64,000 nt of DNA from Lytechinus pictus (Eukaryota), in assembly GCF_037042905.1 (NCBI RefSeq), contig NC_087248.1:14756001-14820000 (forward strand), in the 5' to 3' direction. The notes under the pieces are model-generated. The model searched no databases, was not told the origin of the DNA, and was given only the letters and a program-made list of their open reading frames with translations. This document shows, in pieces, positions 25,036 through 38,238 of this stretch; position 1 is the first letter of the stretch, and the number at the start of each line of letters is the position of its first letter. A program made the position numbers and the translations under genes.

Positions 25036-25405
25036 CATTCCCAGATAAAGGATTACTGGGATAGTATTCATTCCTTCAGACAGGGATAAAAACTTGGTTA
25101 AAATTTCAAGTTAAGCTATAGTTAACTACGCACTTACACTCTTCCTTTTCCCCCCAATTTAATCTTCAGATCATTAGCATTGACACACTTCTTTTGCCAA
25201 TATACCGCTCATCAGCAAACACGAGAGACGTGTGCGATGATCACAGATTAACATTTTTAGGCTAATCCTTCTGTGCGCTGACACTTTAATGGCCCGTTCA
25301 AGTGTTTCTGTGACGATTTTGTTCTGCTCTTACAATGTAATTAGGCCAAGTAAACGAGTTGGACGTTTGTTAGAAATCTGTTGGGTATCTTTGAATGTTG
25401 CATTT

Positions 25406-25847
25406 GACACCGTTCTCACTACCGTCCTAAAACTAGTTTACTGGAAAATAGTGGAAACTAGTTTAACATGTAATGAGAACAGTTGAAGCGGTGTTGGAAG
25501 CGATCTTTCAAACCTTGCGATGTAGTTTTGAAGATTGCTTTGCCTCGTTAAACTGGTTTTTGCGCCAGTGAGGACACAACCGTTCTTCGGGAAGCGATCT
25601 TTGCACATTTCGAGCGCGCTATTCCACACACTGTATGTGGAATGCCTACGTTTCAAATTTCGCGCGAAACATGTCACCCCACTGAGAGAGTTCCTATAGC
25701 AACAAGACCGCTTTACGTGAAGTGGTTTTGAAAATCACTTTCGGGTGATCAAATGGGAACGCTAGCAAAGCGATCTTCCAACTGGTTTTGCGATCCTGAA
25801 CTGGTTTCCAGTAAACCAGTTTTAGAAAGTATAATGGGAATGGTGTC
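25406..25847 (+). mobile_element. Harbinger-like MITE (GACACCGTTCTCA family), copy 1
   Basis: TIR gacaccgttctca / tgggaatggtgtc; 3-bp flanks TTT/TTT; collinear with 45508. Confidence 0.88.
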
Positions 25848-27280
25848 TTTGACCCGTTGACTACTGAATTATGTCTATCTCACAGACATTGTACAAGGGT
25901 CACATGTTACCAGGAAGCAATAGTCTAATTTTGTACACAAGTATATTTATACAACTTCATTAGAAAGTGTACCTGCAGTACTGGTATGTTTGTAAACTCC
26001 TGTTCAGAAATTAATAGCCATTTATAACCTTGATTTGGGCAAATTTTATGGTATACCTTCCCCATATCAGAATTGATTTATTTGAAAGTCGAAACATGGC
26101 TTTGAAATGCCCCATGATTTGCCTCTTTATCAATTAGCTATACCGTCAAGTTCCAGAACATTGAGATTGTGTTCCTGCATTGTGATGAAAGAATCTGATA
26201 ATGAATAATTGTAGTGGCCATTCTTAAATTTTTGAATGGAATGAAATGTAATCTTTCAAATTTGAAGGAATGACGCTTTTCAAACAAAGTAAGGTTTCCT
26301 ACTTTTACAAACATTTTTGCAGCCCTAGAAAGACGGAAACACTCTTTTTGTCTTCGAAAAGGTCATTCGAGATGATTTTCCTTTTTAAAAATCAATTCCA
26401 AGTGGCATCCCAGGTATATAAAAAGCTAAGTAGCTGATACTGTAGCAATGTGTCATGGTATCAGAATGGCTATAATATATACTTTTCCCTGTCAAGATAA
26501 GTCAGTCTTTAATACAACCTATTGATTTCTATTCATCATGGTGTCATGTCGCTGTCCGATCCTTCATTCCTGGCAACAGTGCAGAAAAAGAGTTCAATAT
26601 TTGCTCGGTTGGGTACCTAATGTACCCAGATAGTTGGCCATCAAGCTAATTGGCTGTACATTCGGATGACACGTTATTGTTGTGTTCAGACTATTCAGCC
26701 ATTCTATGATTAGGGGTTTACACAAACTAGGATATATGACAAATAAATTGAATGTTTGGCTTATCTATCCTTTGTCAAAATACAAATTTTTGCGAAATCT
26801 AGCCAAAATTTTACCTAAGTGTACATTTCCACTCTTTGTGGAAAGCCATCAGAGAAAGTTATGCTTGAAAACTACATGCCAGGAATGCCACAAATTGTGT
26901 AAATATTGTATCTTTGTCTTTACTCGAAATCAAGCAGTAGAGAAAGCACATGAGAAATCTGATCATATCTTGCAAACAATAAAAAGCAATACAGATTTTA
27001 AACAATTTTCAGCCAAATACAGAATGTAACTTCCACTTAAATTTTCTGCAAAAATCTAAAATTTGATATGTTGACCCTAAGTTTGATGAACGCGGACAAT
27101 GTGTATCCACTTGAATTGCATCGGTTTGAAATAAACCCAGATCGACTGTGGTTATTTGCAAAACAAATTCTTGATATAATTTCAAATATTTGTAATGAAG
27201 TCTTAACAATTTTAAATTCAATTCTATATATTTTTTTGAATATTCTCCCACTCCCTTCTCTCTTGTCTCTGTCCCTAATT

Positions 27281-27680
27281 CAGGGTTCCCAGCCCATCAG
27301 GGAAAATTATTATGTTTTTTTTTCAGTCTAGGAAAAATCAGGGAATTTGATAAAAAAAATACCTCAAATCAGGGGAAAATGCCTCAAATGAGGGGAGAAA
27401 ACCAGGGAATTTTGATCAGCCCAAAAGTCGAAAGCACAGTAGTCAGTCAAACTCTTTCATATTTTGTTGCATATCAAAACAACATCCACTGAATGACTGG
27501 TTATGGTGGTACTAATTAGTTTTACATGATTGTTTTTATACTGAAAATACATGTAATTCACTGCAACAACTTAGAAAACATGCGAAACTGGGATTGGGTT
27601 TAAATAATTTTCAGGGAATTTTAAAACTTTATCAGGGAAAAATCAGGGAATTTTGTTTTCTTGAAAAGCTGGGAACCCTG
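27281..27680. mobile_element. hAT-like MITE with 5-bp TSD (hAT5-like)
   Basis: TIR CAGGGTTCCCAGC / GCTGGGAACCCTG; TSD TAATT/TAATT; multiple TCAGGGAA subterminal repeats. Confidence 0.82.
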
Positions 27681-28435
27681 TAATTATACCTTGCTAAATC
27701 TTCATTCTCTCATTTTAAACACAGAATTAATATGTTGACTTCTGAATCCTATAATTTGCATAGTCTTTGTATAGGGAACTCCCAATTCTAGTAGAAAAAA
27801 AATTAATGTGGGAGCTCTCTTTGTGCCCCCTCCATCACCCTTTTCAGTAAACATTCTGATATCATGGAATTCATTTGTACCAGGATTGAACTCTGAAAAT
27901 TCTGAGAATCCAGCTCCATATGGGCTAATTAAAGCCTGCAATGGTTTTACCATGCTTTCAATATCACATCTTTATTTTTTAATTATCTACTCATTTAGAG
28001 GTGTGAAGTTTTCATATGGAATAGTGTACAGTAAAGACAATGAACCGTTGGGTTCATAGACAGTTCAGATGATAATAGTTGATGTGTATGATCTAGTCAA
28101 TGATGATACAGGCTGCAAAGAGGAAGTGCGCCATCTATTGTTTAATGTAGGAAACTTTTGCAAGTTATGGTAACTGTATTTGTGTGAAACTTGTACAAAT
28201 GTTTGTTTCATAGTCTAGAAAAATCATAGCCGATCATTGACCTGAGAACTGGATGATGATCGATTGTGGAACACACATTGATGTAGTAACTACCACCAAA
28301 AGAAGTGAGCCAACTATTGTTCAAATTACTATAAGGTACAAGCCTAATATTTTTTGTGGGCTCATATTGGTTTACTACTTCACAAAGCTGCAACATGGTC
28401 CAGTGTCATGATTGATAGATATGGATTGAAGCAAC

Positions 28436-28564
28436 CATCGGCAGATCCAGGTTTTAAAAATAGACTTATAGACTTCTACATGTTCATCTGTTTGTTCAAG
28501 GGATGATTATCAAAATATAGATGGGGCGCTTGCCCCTTGTGCCCCCCTCGTAGATCTGCCACTG
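28436..28564. mobile_element. Short degenerate hAT-like MITE
   Basis: Ends catcggcagatccag / tagatctgccactg; a similar short copy lies at 59886-59996. Confidence 0.6.
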
Positions 28565-30839
28565 GAACAGATGTGAATGTACTAAATTTACTACATGTAA
28601 TTGAAATATTAGGTAAAAGTACTTCTAAATTGTCACTCATGTAATGAACTGTAGGCCTATATAAACAAATGCATCACGCTTAAGTATGTGTGTTGAAAAC
28701 GGATCTGCTAGAAAGTTGATCAATTTTCTTATATATACCAGATTTTAAATGCTGCAATGCGAAATGTTTTTCCGTATTCATATAATCCAAAAATTTTTGT
28801 CCAGATTCAGGAGTATGCCTCTATTACCCACTGGTTTTTAAAGTGAATATGCAACAGTGCTGCCTGATTAATTAATTTCTAGATCCTACCAAGCAAATAT
28901 TTATTATAAAAACCAGTCATTTTATAATAAATCATTAGCACACATATATCTAGATGCGAAAGAGGAAGAGATTCAACATTCATGTAATGAGATGGATAGA
29001 GTACAATGTTGGATGGGGAAGGGGGATTCTACAGATTGATTCAGATATCGTGTTGTGGATCATCATAGCAGCTGGCGGAAGAGAACCGATTACTCATTGA
29101 TGTTCGGTTAAAGACAGATGAGGAGTAGAGAGAGAGAGAGAAAGATAGAGGCAGGAGGGGGATGGAGGAAGGAGAAGATGGAGGGGAGGAAAAGATGATG
29201 AGTTTATGTTCACAAAGTATTAGGTAGTCATGGAACATTGAAAAAAATAAATTGTAATGTAATGTTAGCAAAATCTCTTGGTTCATATAAACAGCTTGTA
29301 AGGCAAAGGGAAGTTCTTCTTAACAAACTGTTGGTGTGTTCATATGTTGCTGTTGGTTAAAACTATTCTGAGTATTTTACAAAGAATCTGTCACACTTTT
29401 TGCTGAATCCAGAGAAGTTCATAACCTATGTTCTATCTAAAAAGCATGCTATGATCATTACCCAGACAAGGTAACTTTCTACACCTGGGTAGAGAGTGGC
29501 AAATATGAAAGGACAGTGTTAGTGCCTGCCTCGGGTTGAATGGAACCCTTGACCCTAGATAGAGAATCGAGAGCAAAGTGCCACCACCTTATACATTCCT
29601 CCAGTCCAAGATACTGATAGATATGATATAAGAAAATTGTCTTTTTCACACTCATGAAATCTTATCTGTTTTGGTAAACTTTCACTTTCATGGCTGTTAG
29701 CTTTATCAGACCTTCGTCATAGATTGCTGATGCAGCAGCTACTTCAGCTACTTTCCAAAACACTTAAATGAAATTAAGTCCTTTTTAGCCCATGTATCTG
29801 CATAGATCCAGCACAGCAACCCTGATCACTCTATAAGTATGACATCATCTTTTTTGATCACTCATAGTCTCGTTCATCTAAACCCTGTTCAGATGGACAT
29901 TTAGTATTTTTTCTAGGGTTCTATCTTTGTCACGCGTTAACCAGCTGTCAATACTTTGATTACTCAATCATTTGGCTTATTTTCCCAGCTGTTTGATATG
30001 AGAAATTTATTAATTTAGAGTTTTTAGACTAAAAATATAATCATGGAAAACAGATTGGTAACTCGTTGCAATGAGGGATTCCTTATGGCCTTGTACAAAA
30101 AGAAAAAGACTAAACTATCACTATTCAGTGGTTCTAAAAAGTTAGTGAATCCCACCAGAAAGTGAACATATTGAAAGTTTTCAATCCAGATTTTGGATAT
30201 TTAATTTTGAAGTTAGGTGGTAGAATATTACCTTCAATAAAATTTAGCACAACTGAATGTATACACACTTTCTATTACTCTTGAAGCAAAATTGATAATA
30301 GATTGAACTTGGCGTGCAATGACTAGAAAAACACAGGAACCAAGCTTGCTAACCATGTTTCCCTATCTTGTTTACAACCCTTGAAAGAGGTGTCAATTCA
30401 ATTAGACATTCTGGAAAATCAACAGGATCGGAAGTGGAGGGGGGGGGGGTGTTTAGGAGGGGGTAGAACTAGCCCCTCTCCTACCTCACAATAGAATAAT
30501 CTCCTTATGGAGGAGAGGAGCTAGTTTATTAAGGCATTATTCCACATTATACTGATTGTGTCCCCGCCTTAGTGAGACAATGCATGATGATTGAAAGCTT
30601 TTTTTTGTGACTCATGGTGTCGGGAGAAATATGGCCGAATCCCAATAAGCCAAGTTTATTCCTTAGTCGGACCCCTACCGTCTCTCTTGTAGGGGCGGTG
30701 CTACATGGGGAGAGGGAGGGCAATTGGGAACTTCCCCATATGAATTTTGATAAAGCTAGAGAGAACTCTAGAGAGAATCAAAGGAGAATAAAAGAATAAT
30801 AGGAACACAAAGCCAGAAAAAAAAGAGAATGTCATCATA

Positions 30840-31315
30840 AGGTGGTTTCAGACCGCCTCAAAGTTTGTCAGTTCCAGGTATTCTCTGATCGGGAAATTTA
30901 CCCCGATCAGAAAATACCAGGTATTTTGGTAATGTGAAAGCAAACTACGCGTAATTTCCCCGAAAGAAAATAACCGCTAAATAGTAGGTACTTGGCGAAA
31001 TTACGAGAACTTTCGCGGGGATTTTTCCAAGGTCGCAGGTATTTTGGCAATGTGAAAGCAATTTATGGGAACTTTTAGCCCAGTGTGTCGTTGGGCACTG
31101 GCGCCGTGGGTGGCTGCTGGGCTAGTGGTTTTGAATCTCGCGCCTTGCCTGCTTATTAGACCATACTGCGCATGCTCCTAACTTCAGGAATTTATCCCGA
31201 AGGGTATGTTTCGGGGCGGTGTGAATGCAGGAATAATTAATGGGTATTTTTTAGCCTAAAAATGTTCTCGTAATTTAACGGGGATTCTTGTGATCGAGGC
31301 GGTTTGAAACCACCT
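30840..31315 (-). mobile_element. Pangu-like MITE, copy 2 (inverted relative to copy 1)
   Basis: Reverse complement of 20182-20659 over its full length; flanks ata/att. Confidence 0.9.
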
Positions 31316-32489
31316 ATTGAGAGAGGTCTATTATGTTATCCCCATAATTCAATTGAAAAAGAAAAGTGATGTCATATACTGGTCACCCACCATATCAAAT
31401 ACCCGGATGACACCCCTCCCCCTTTCTCCTTCAATTCCAACTGTATATGCCTCTTGCGTCCTTTTCCTATAAGACTATAGTTTTAGTCATGTCAAACCCC
31501 ATGAATTTATATTACCTATGCCTATCTGCTGTTTGAATGAGAAACAGTAGTTATCCTATTATCTTTACCCATATCAAATTTGTTCTAAAACGCTTTCCGT
31601 TTGTCCAACTTTCTCAGTTTCTGCCTCCTCTCCCCCTTCTTTCATCTTGTATGCAAGGTATCTTCCAACAGTGTAAAAACACATACATTTTTAAAGCATT
31701 TTTGTTTAAGACCACCACTCTAGCAACTATTGTTTAAAGTTTTTACCAAGTTGTTTAATGTTTTAAAAGTTTTAACTTTTGTACTTGTTGTTTGAGTGAC
31801 AGGCTTAAACAATATACTTTAAATTTTAAAGAGAATTTCCCCAAACTTGCCGCTCTTTCACACAGTAAAAAAAATCGTAATTTGAATGATGATTCCAGTG
31901 AAAAATGAGGCTAATGACGAATATTTAGCTTGTGTGAAACCAAACTAGAACATGATGTGAATTACGAACGCTAATCACAGTCACGATTACAATAGCAGTC
32001 ATCATTATAATGATGATTCAAGATTTACGTTTGAAAAGGCCCATTGTCTGACTCTAAAATATTTTTTGTTACCCCCTTTCTTTTGTCTTCCCCTTTTTAT
32101 ATCTTCTATTCTTCCCCACCCTTTAAAATTGAGATCTTTCCTCACTCTCTCCACACCTCTCCTTCCTCTTGTTTATATATCTCTTCCTCTCAAACCCCCT
32201 TTTAATCCTGTTAATTTCATCTTCCCCTCTTATACTCCCATCTTCTATCCCCAACCCTCATGATATCTCTCATTTTTTCTTTTTTGACCTTTCCTTTGTT
32301 GTCAATTCCTGTCAATTCTCTCTCGTCTCTTCATCCTTATTACTCTTTCCTGAAAGTCGCAGTCTTGCTGTGGTCAAGTTTTATGGGTCATTTATATGTC
32401 TTTATTATGTTTCTAGTTTCTATTCACTCATTGTCTTTGACTTTGTCTGTCTTCCCTCTTTACTCTATCCTCCCCTTCTTTTTAATCTT

Positions 32490-32655
32490 GCCACCACCTC
32501 CCCCTCCCCTTCCCCCCTCTATCCCTTTCCCTCCCCCATCCACCCCTTCCTCTTTCCCCTCTCCCTCCTCCCCTCCGTCTCCCCTTTCCCCCTCCCCTCT
32601 CCCTCCCCCTCTCCCTGCCCTCAACCGTCCCCATCCACCCCCCTCTCTCGCTCCC
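32490..32655. repeat. C/T polypyrimidine tract ~1.1 kb upstream of the first coding ATG
   Basis: Near-pure (CCCCT)n-like tract; G-quadruplex or triplex potential. Confidence 0.8.
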
Positions 32656-33715
32656 ATGGTCATAATAGCCACTTCACACCCAAACTTGTGAAGCTGCCAA
32701 GCTTTCCCTACTCTGTCTGGCACAATGCGCTCTGAATATGAACCTGAATGAGTTGAATTCCGCCGCCTCCTGGGACCCACCGTCCATTCCTATGGGAACA
32801 AATCAATCTGACCGTTTCAACTACATACAGTGTACTTCATTATTTCATTACTAAAGGAATACCTAAAACTGCAGTTTGATTTATTCTAGATACAAGTTTG
32901 TGACTTCCAGAATTGAAGAATTACAGAACTCTTTGCCTTGGATTGCCTTGGAAGAAATATTTTGGGTGATGATACCATTTTAGAGATCAATTGGACTTTA
33001 TCAATGGAGTACTGAATATTTTGAGACCCATAGTCAACAGATTGATAGATCTCTCAAATTATAGAAATGACTTCAGTAAGAAAGAAAGAAAGGAATATTT
33101 GCTATTTAATTGTTCCCCTTTTGATTGGCAGAGGAGAATAGTAATTCCCAAAATTCTTGATTTTGTGCCAAAATGTACTTCAGCAGACAATCTCTGAGTC
33201 GAAATCTACTCTGCGGATGCTGTCATCGAAATGTACAACTTGTTGATCGATGACAAATGTGATCAATGCTACTGTCTGATAAACTGCTATTGAAGCGAAA
33301 ATGAAAGGAACACATACCCTTGCATCAAGTGTCTTGAAAATTTATGGCAGGTTTTGGGATCATTAGAAAGCACTTATTAATGGAACTATATTTTTGTCAT
33401 GTGATATATGTGGTGGCTTTGAATGTGTTCTGAAATAAATTGATCAAGTGTCTGATTTGAGACTAGGAGCTGGTGCGAAAGTGAGAGCGATTTAAAGTGG
33501 AATGGATTGCCCCTCTCTTGGCTAAGAATATCTGAAAATGAATCAGTCATTTTTTAGATGTTTCTGGGATTGATCTGTGCTTGTCATAACAAATACCTGT
33601 CTGTGATACATCTTTGCTGAGCTGCGAATCTGTATGGAATACGGTACAACTAGTATGAATTCATACTCGGAATATGAACTGAAATTTGTGTATTGAATTC
33701 AAATATTGATGAATC

Positions 33716-33879
33716 ATGAGTAACGTGAGGATTAAAAGATATTTGCCCGCGGTGAGGCGCCCCAATCGTAACAACATTCCCTCATTTCTTCAACGTCGTT
33801 TTCGTTCACAGGATGGCTCCACCAATCAGCTTTCAAGAAGCGGATCGTCGTTCGCGAGTTCAGAGGGCTCTTCAACAAG
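33716..33879 (+). CDS. First coding exon of an unidentified large-intron gene (MSNVRIKRYLPAVRRPNRNNIPSFLQRRFRSQDGSTNQLSRSGSSFASSEGSST), ends phase 2
   Basis: ATG at 33716 in ATCATG context (A at -3) with in-frame TGA at 33710-33712; open, CpG-rich frame to a strong donor AAG|GTAAGA at 33880; phase 2 joins in frame to the exon at 52664. An acceptor-like ttttcgttcacag ending at 33811 means only 33812-33879 may be used as an internal exon. Confidence 0.7.
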
Positions 33880-35063
33880 GTAAGACAATTTTTGTTTATC
33901 TTGTATTTTTCGTCTCTGTTTTCCCTTCTTGTCTCATCCCCCCCCCCTTCCAAAGTAGAAAAGTGTGTATCATATGTCCAAAGACCTTTGCTGCTGAAAT
34001 AGATTTTCTGATTTCATTTTCTTTTGCATTTTAAAGTGTTCATTTTCAGAGTGGTACCATACTAATATTTGTGTACTTTTGAGATTACAATCATCCTTAG
34101 TCACTAAGATTTTAACAGAAAATTATTTTGCATTTTCAAATTCTTTATTAATTTTGTTGCAAAATGACGTTGTAATAACTTGAAAAATTTGGTTCCCCTC
34201 ATGATGAGGAGCACAATCTAGAATTACACTTGTTGTGAGAATCTATGGGATGTATAAAAATGAAAATCCATCTTTTTTATGAGAATGATTTTAATCAGTG
34301 AGAATTAAGATTATATCAAAAGAAAGTATGATTTCTTGACATTTGAAGAAAACCTTGATAAAGGATTTTCAATGTTCTAAAAGTTAGTGCAAGATAGCCT
34401 TAGGTTTACTTCCACTGCAGTTATTTTTTTATCGATCATCTCAATCATTTGTAAATATTTAAATTTGGTTTGATTTGTTTCAAGAAATACATATAAAAAA
34501 TACTATTTTTTTCTTTTGGTTCAAACATCATTATACATTAAACTCTTTGTGCACTTTAACACATAATGTAACTTGCCAAGTTCAATTCTACTTATCCCTG
34601 TGTCTACTGCTCATCAATATTCATCATTAAAAAATAAAATCACTCCTGTATGATTAATACAATGAATCAACCTGTTCAATCACTGGTCTATTGGTCACCC
34701 CTCCTGTGCTCGTTTTAGTATCTCTACCATTTTTCCGTCCATTAAAGCTCGCGCTGTCTACTCAATCTTATTCATTTCCTGTCTTATCCCTTCTCAAGAC
34801 AAGTTCATTGTTTTAGTCATTTGAAAATTGAAGATGAGGTCACTATGATTTAGCCACCAGTGTAATACGATGTATGGCTAGCCATACCATTCATTTATTT
34901 AATCATGTAATTACATCTTTTGTTATTAAAGAATTGAATTATTTAATATCAACAAATGCTATTTGTTACCACAAAACAAATTCTCAATATCAAGTAAAAG
35001 GATGAAACAGTATCCAGCTTGCTATACATACATTTGGATGAGCTGGCCATTTATTTCTCGGGA

Positions 35064-35214
35064 GCCCTGTTACATAAATAGTTAGAACTACGGTCACTTT
35101 GTCATTATTGTAAACTACCATACAAACCTTGCTTGTGATTGGCTGCTGAGCCAGGTTACCATGGCAGTTGCCATAGTGGCAAAGTTTTAGTTGTAGTCCT
35201 TTATGAAACAGGCA
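35064..35214. mobile_element. Degenerate Harbinger-group MITE
   Basis: Ends gccctgttacataaa / tttatgaaacaggc. Confidence 0.6.
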
Positions 35215-35222
35215 TCTACTGT

Positions 35223-35497
35223 CAGTGGCAGATCGGGGGGGGGGGGCAAATCTGGCCAGTGACCCCATTTTGAGAGTCCTAGCCAGTATTTTTAATGTAA
35301 ATATGCCGTTTATACACAAGTGCCCCCCCCCCCTTTGAGAGTCATAGGAATTATTTATAATGGGAATTTGTCATCCACACACAAGTGAGGACCTTTTTAA
35401 TTTTTTTTTAATTTGTCTTTATATTATTTTGCTTGTCAATATTTCCTTGGGAACATGTGCCCCCCCCCCCTCTTGGAAAATCCTGGATCCGCCCCTG
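35223..35497 (-). mobile_element. hAT-like MITE (CAGGGGCGGATCC family), copy 4
   Basis: Ends cagtggcagatc / ggatccgcccctg; degenerate TSD tctactgt / cctagtgt. Confidence 0.8.
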
Positions 35498-35535
35498 CCT
35501 AGTGTTAAAACCTCTTAAAGATAAAGTTGGTTCTG

Positions 35536-35670
35536 GGGCCGTTAGCACAAAGCTTAGCAATCATCATCGCACATTTCTTTTACGATTGATTGCATTGACT
35601 ACTGTACAATGTACAATTAATTGTGACAATCAAGCATACAATTAATCATTAACATTTGTGTTTTGGGCCC
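35536..35670. mobile_element. Harbinger-group MITE, inverted diverged copy of 2408-2537
   Basis: Ends gggccgttagcacaaag / tttgtgttttgggccc; CTG TSD. Confidence 0.75.
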
Positions 35671-36536
35671 CTGGTCATGAAATTGTGTGCATGGGACTAC
35701 ACATACAGATTCTTGGCAAGAAATCACATTAGTCCCCCGCCCCCTGAGTGGGGTGGGGGATCAAAATTGTGATTGTGAATTCAATTAAAAAGGGCTTGAC
35801 GAAGGACAATTTTATGAAAATCGTTGTGTCAGTGCAAGAATGCCCATAGCCCAACATTTTTTTGCACTGCATTGGTACAGAAACACTTCTGCAATCCACT
35901 CATGAGTGCTGCTTGGGGCATTTTTATGCAAATCAGTTTAAGACTATTGCAGATTAGTACACATCTGAAATTATCACTGGGGAATTCAATATGATTGATT
36001 TATGGTTATACATTTGTCCTGAAATTCATGGTCCAAGAATTAAGAGTATATGCTTTCACTGTTTTTTTTTTGTAACACACAATTGCATTGCTCTGACCGT
36101 ATGATTCTGAGAACGAGCTTGGATAGATGTAATTACTTAAGAAATAAAGTTCTTTGGAGAAAGGAGGAAGTCAGATAATTAAATTGTTTGTCAGAAGTTG
36201 ATTGCATCAATTTATTAATGAGATGAATATCAAGGGGATAATTTAAAACATTAATGAGAGACACCCAGCCAAATTAAGAATGACATTTAGGTAATTAACC
36301 AGGCTGCTAATCACTTCTTACTGAGAAATGAAATGTTGCAATGGCATTTTAAAGGCATAAGGAGACACATTTTAAGAAATTTCAGATGGGCAGTTTTTGC
36401 TGAAGACTCCGGCATATAATCACCTTGTCAAAAGTTGAAAAAATCATTCTGATAGAAAGAGATAAATTTAGAGATTATTATGCTTTGTCCTTTCTAGAAT
36501 TCTACCCCAATGCATTTCAATTTGAAGGCACACAGT

Positions 36537-37015
36537 AGGTGGTTTCAGACCGCCTCGAAGTTTGTCAGTTCCAGGTATTTTCTGATCGGGAAATTTACCC
36601 CGATCAGAAAATACCAGGTAATATTGGCAATGTGAAAGCAAATTGCGCATAATCTCCATGAAAGAAAATACCCACTAAATAGTAGGTACTTGTCAAAATT
36701 ACGAGAACTTTCGCAGGGATTTTTCCAAGGTCGCAGGTATTTTGGCAATGTGAAAGCAATTTACGGGAACTTTAAACCCAGCATGTAGTTGGGCGCGGGT
36801 GCCGTGGGTGGCTGCTGAGCTAGTGATTTTGAATCTCGCGCCTTGCCTGCTTATCGGACCGTATACTGCGCATGCTCGTAACTTCAGGAACTTATCCCGA
36901 AGGGTATGTTTCGGGGCGATGTGAATGCAATAATAATTAATGGGTATTTTTTAGCCTAACGAAGTTCTCGTAAATTAACGGGGATTCTTACGATCGAGGC
37001 GGTTTGAAACCACCT
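36537..37015 (-). mobile_element. Pangu-like MITE, copy 3
   Basis: Same orientation as copy 2; TSD AGT/AGT. Confidence 0.9.
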
Positions 37016-37586
37016 AGTCATGCATCATGATCGATCTTGCACTTTATACTACAGTATTAAAATTAAATAATAAGCTATGTTGTATATAATCTGTAGGTCA
37101 ATCTTCTTCCAAAATGTGAACATACATTCATGTACATACATGTATGTCTGCATTCTCTTGTAGTCAAGTGGCCATAGTAGAAATAAAATGATCAAGCAAA
37201 AAAAATAAATGATTGTTTATTAAAATTCAATCTGCTCTCTATATTCATTGAACCAAATAACACATTTGATTGTGGAAAATATTAGAAACGATTATCTTTT
37301 GTGATTGGTTACAGCATTTGGCACAGTATAAGTTAGAAAATTAATTTGATTACAGGATTATCATTGTGTTTGCTTCAAAATATTAGAGCAGCAAAGGGAT
37401 AGTCACTTGATAATTGGAAATTTGCAAGTAATCTGAAATTTTAGAGGAAATTCAATCTCTTCACGTATTTATTTTGCATTACACTCAGCCCAAGCAAAAT
37501 TAAACGATTATGAATAGGATCAAGTTGTTCCTGCTAACGGGGATCTCCAAGAGAGAAACGATATGGTCACATGATCCCATTGGTAG

Positions 37587-38238
37587 ACAGAGGTTATTCA
37601 ATGTTATGTAATGGAGACAAGATTCTTTTATGAATTAAATCAGAATTAATGCTCAGACAGGAGTTCTAAGTTTCAAGACCTCTATATGGAACATTCATGA
37701 TTACTTGTCAAATGGCTGTCAATCAATGCTCTAGATGTGGTTTTTGTGCATCAATTGAGCGCTAATATGCACATTGGGCACCTGTGTGTTGAACGCTGAA
37801 TATTCAAGGATTTCAAAATATATCCAGAACGAGCTGTAAATTATGACTAGCAGAACATACGATTTAGTTTAAACCTCATGGATTTGTAGTTAAAGCTAAA
37901 AGACTTGAATTTGAATAATTTGAGATTTAAAAATAAATCCCTAGGATTCAAAGTGAAGCCAATTTCCGACTGGTCATTATTCATAGCGCTCTGCTTTATT
38001 TTAGATTGTTTAAATTTAGAGTGAAATTTTCTGTGATAGGAATATGTTGAAATATGATGAAATATTTCAACATATTCCTATCACAGAGGTTATTCGATGT
38101 TATGTAATGAAGATGAGATTAATTCTTTGTAAATTGAATGAGAAATACTGCTCTGACAGGAGGTTTCAGTTTCAAGACCTCTATATGGAACATTAATGAT
38201 TACTTGTCAAATAGCTGTCAATCAAAGCTCTGGATGTG
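37587..38238. repeat. Dispersed ~155-bp direct duplication (37587-37738 and 38083-38238) enclosing a degenerate MITE and a perfect hairpin
   Basis: Both copies run acagaggttattc...gtttcaagacctctatatggaacatt...gatgtg; a CACTCTAAATT-family remnant lies at ~37795-38023. Confidence 0.8.

Noticed and set aside
32066-32780. Longest ORFs in the track (up to 188 aa, Pro/Ser/Leu-rich)
   Set aside because: Several frames are open at once because the pyrimidine tract lacks stop codons; the same applies to ORFs at 3780-4328, 8837-9260, 23235-23585 and 46238-46776.
33813-34034. Track ORF MAPPISFQEAD... as the gene start
   Set aside because: Spliced at 33879 to exon 52664, this frame stops after 8 codons. 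It would stay open only by skipping to 62246, which is possible but less parsimonious than the 33716 frame.
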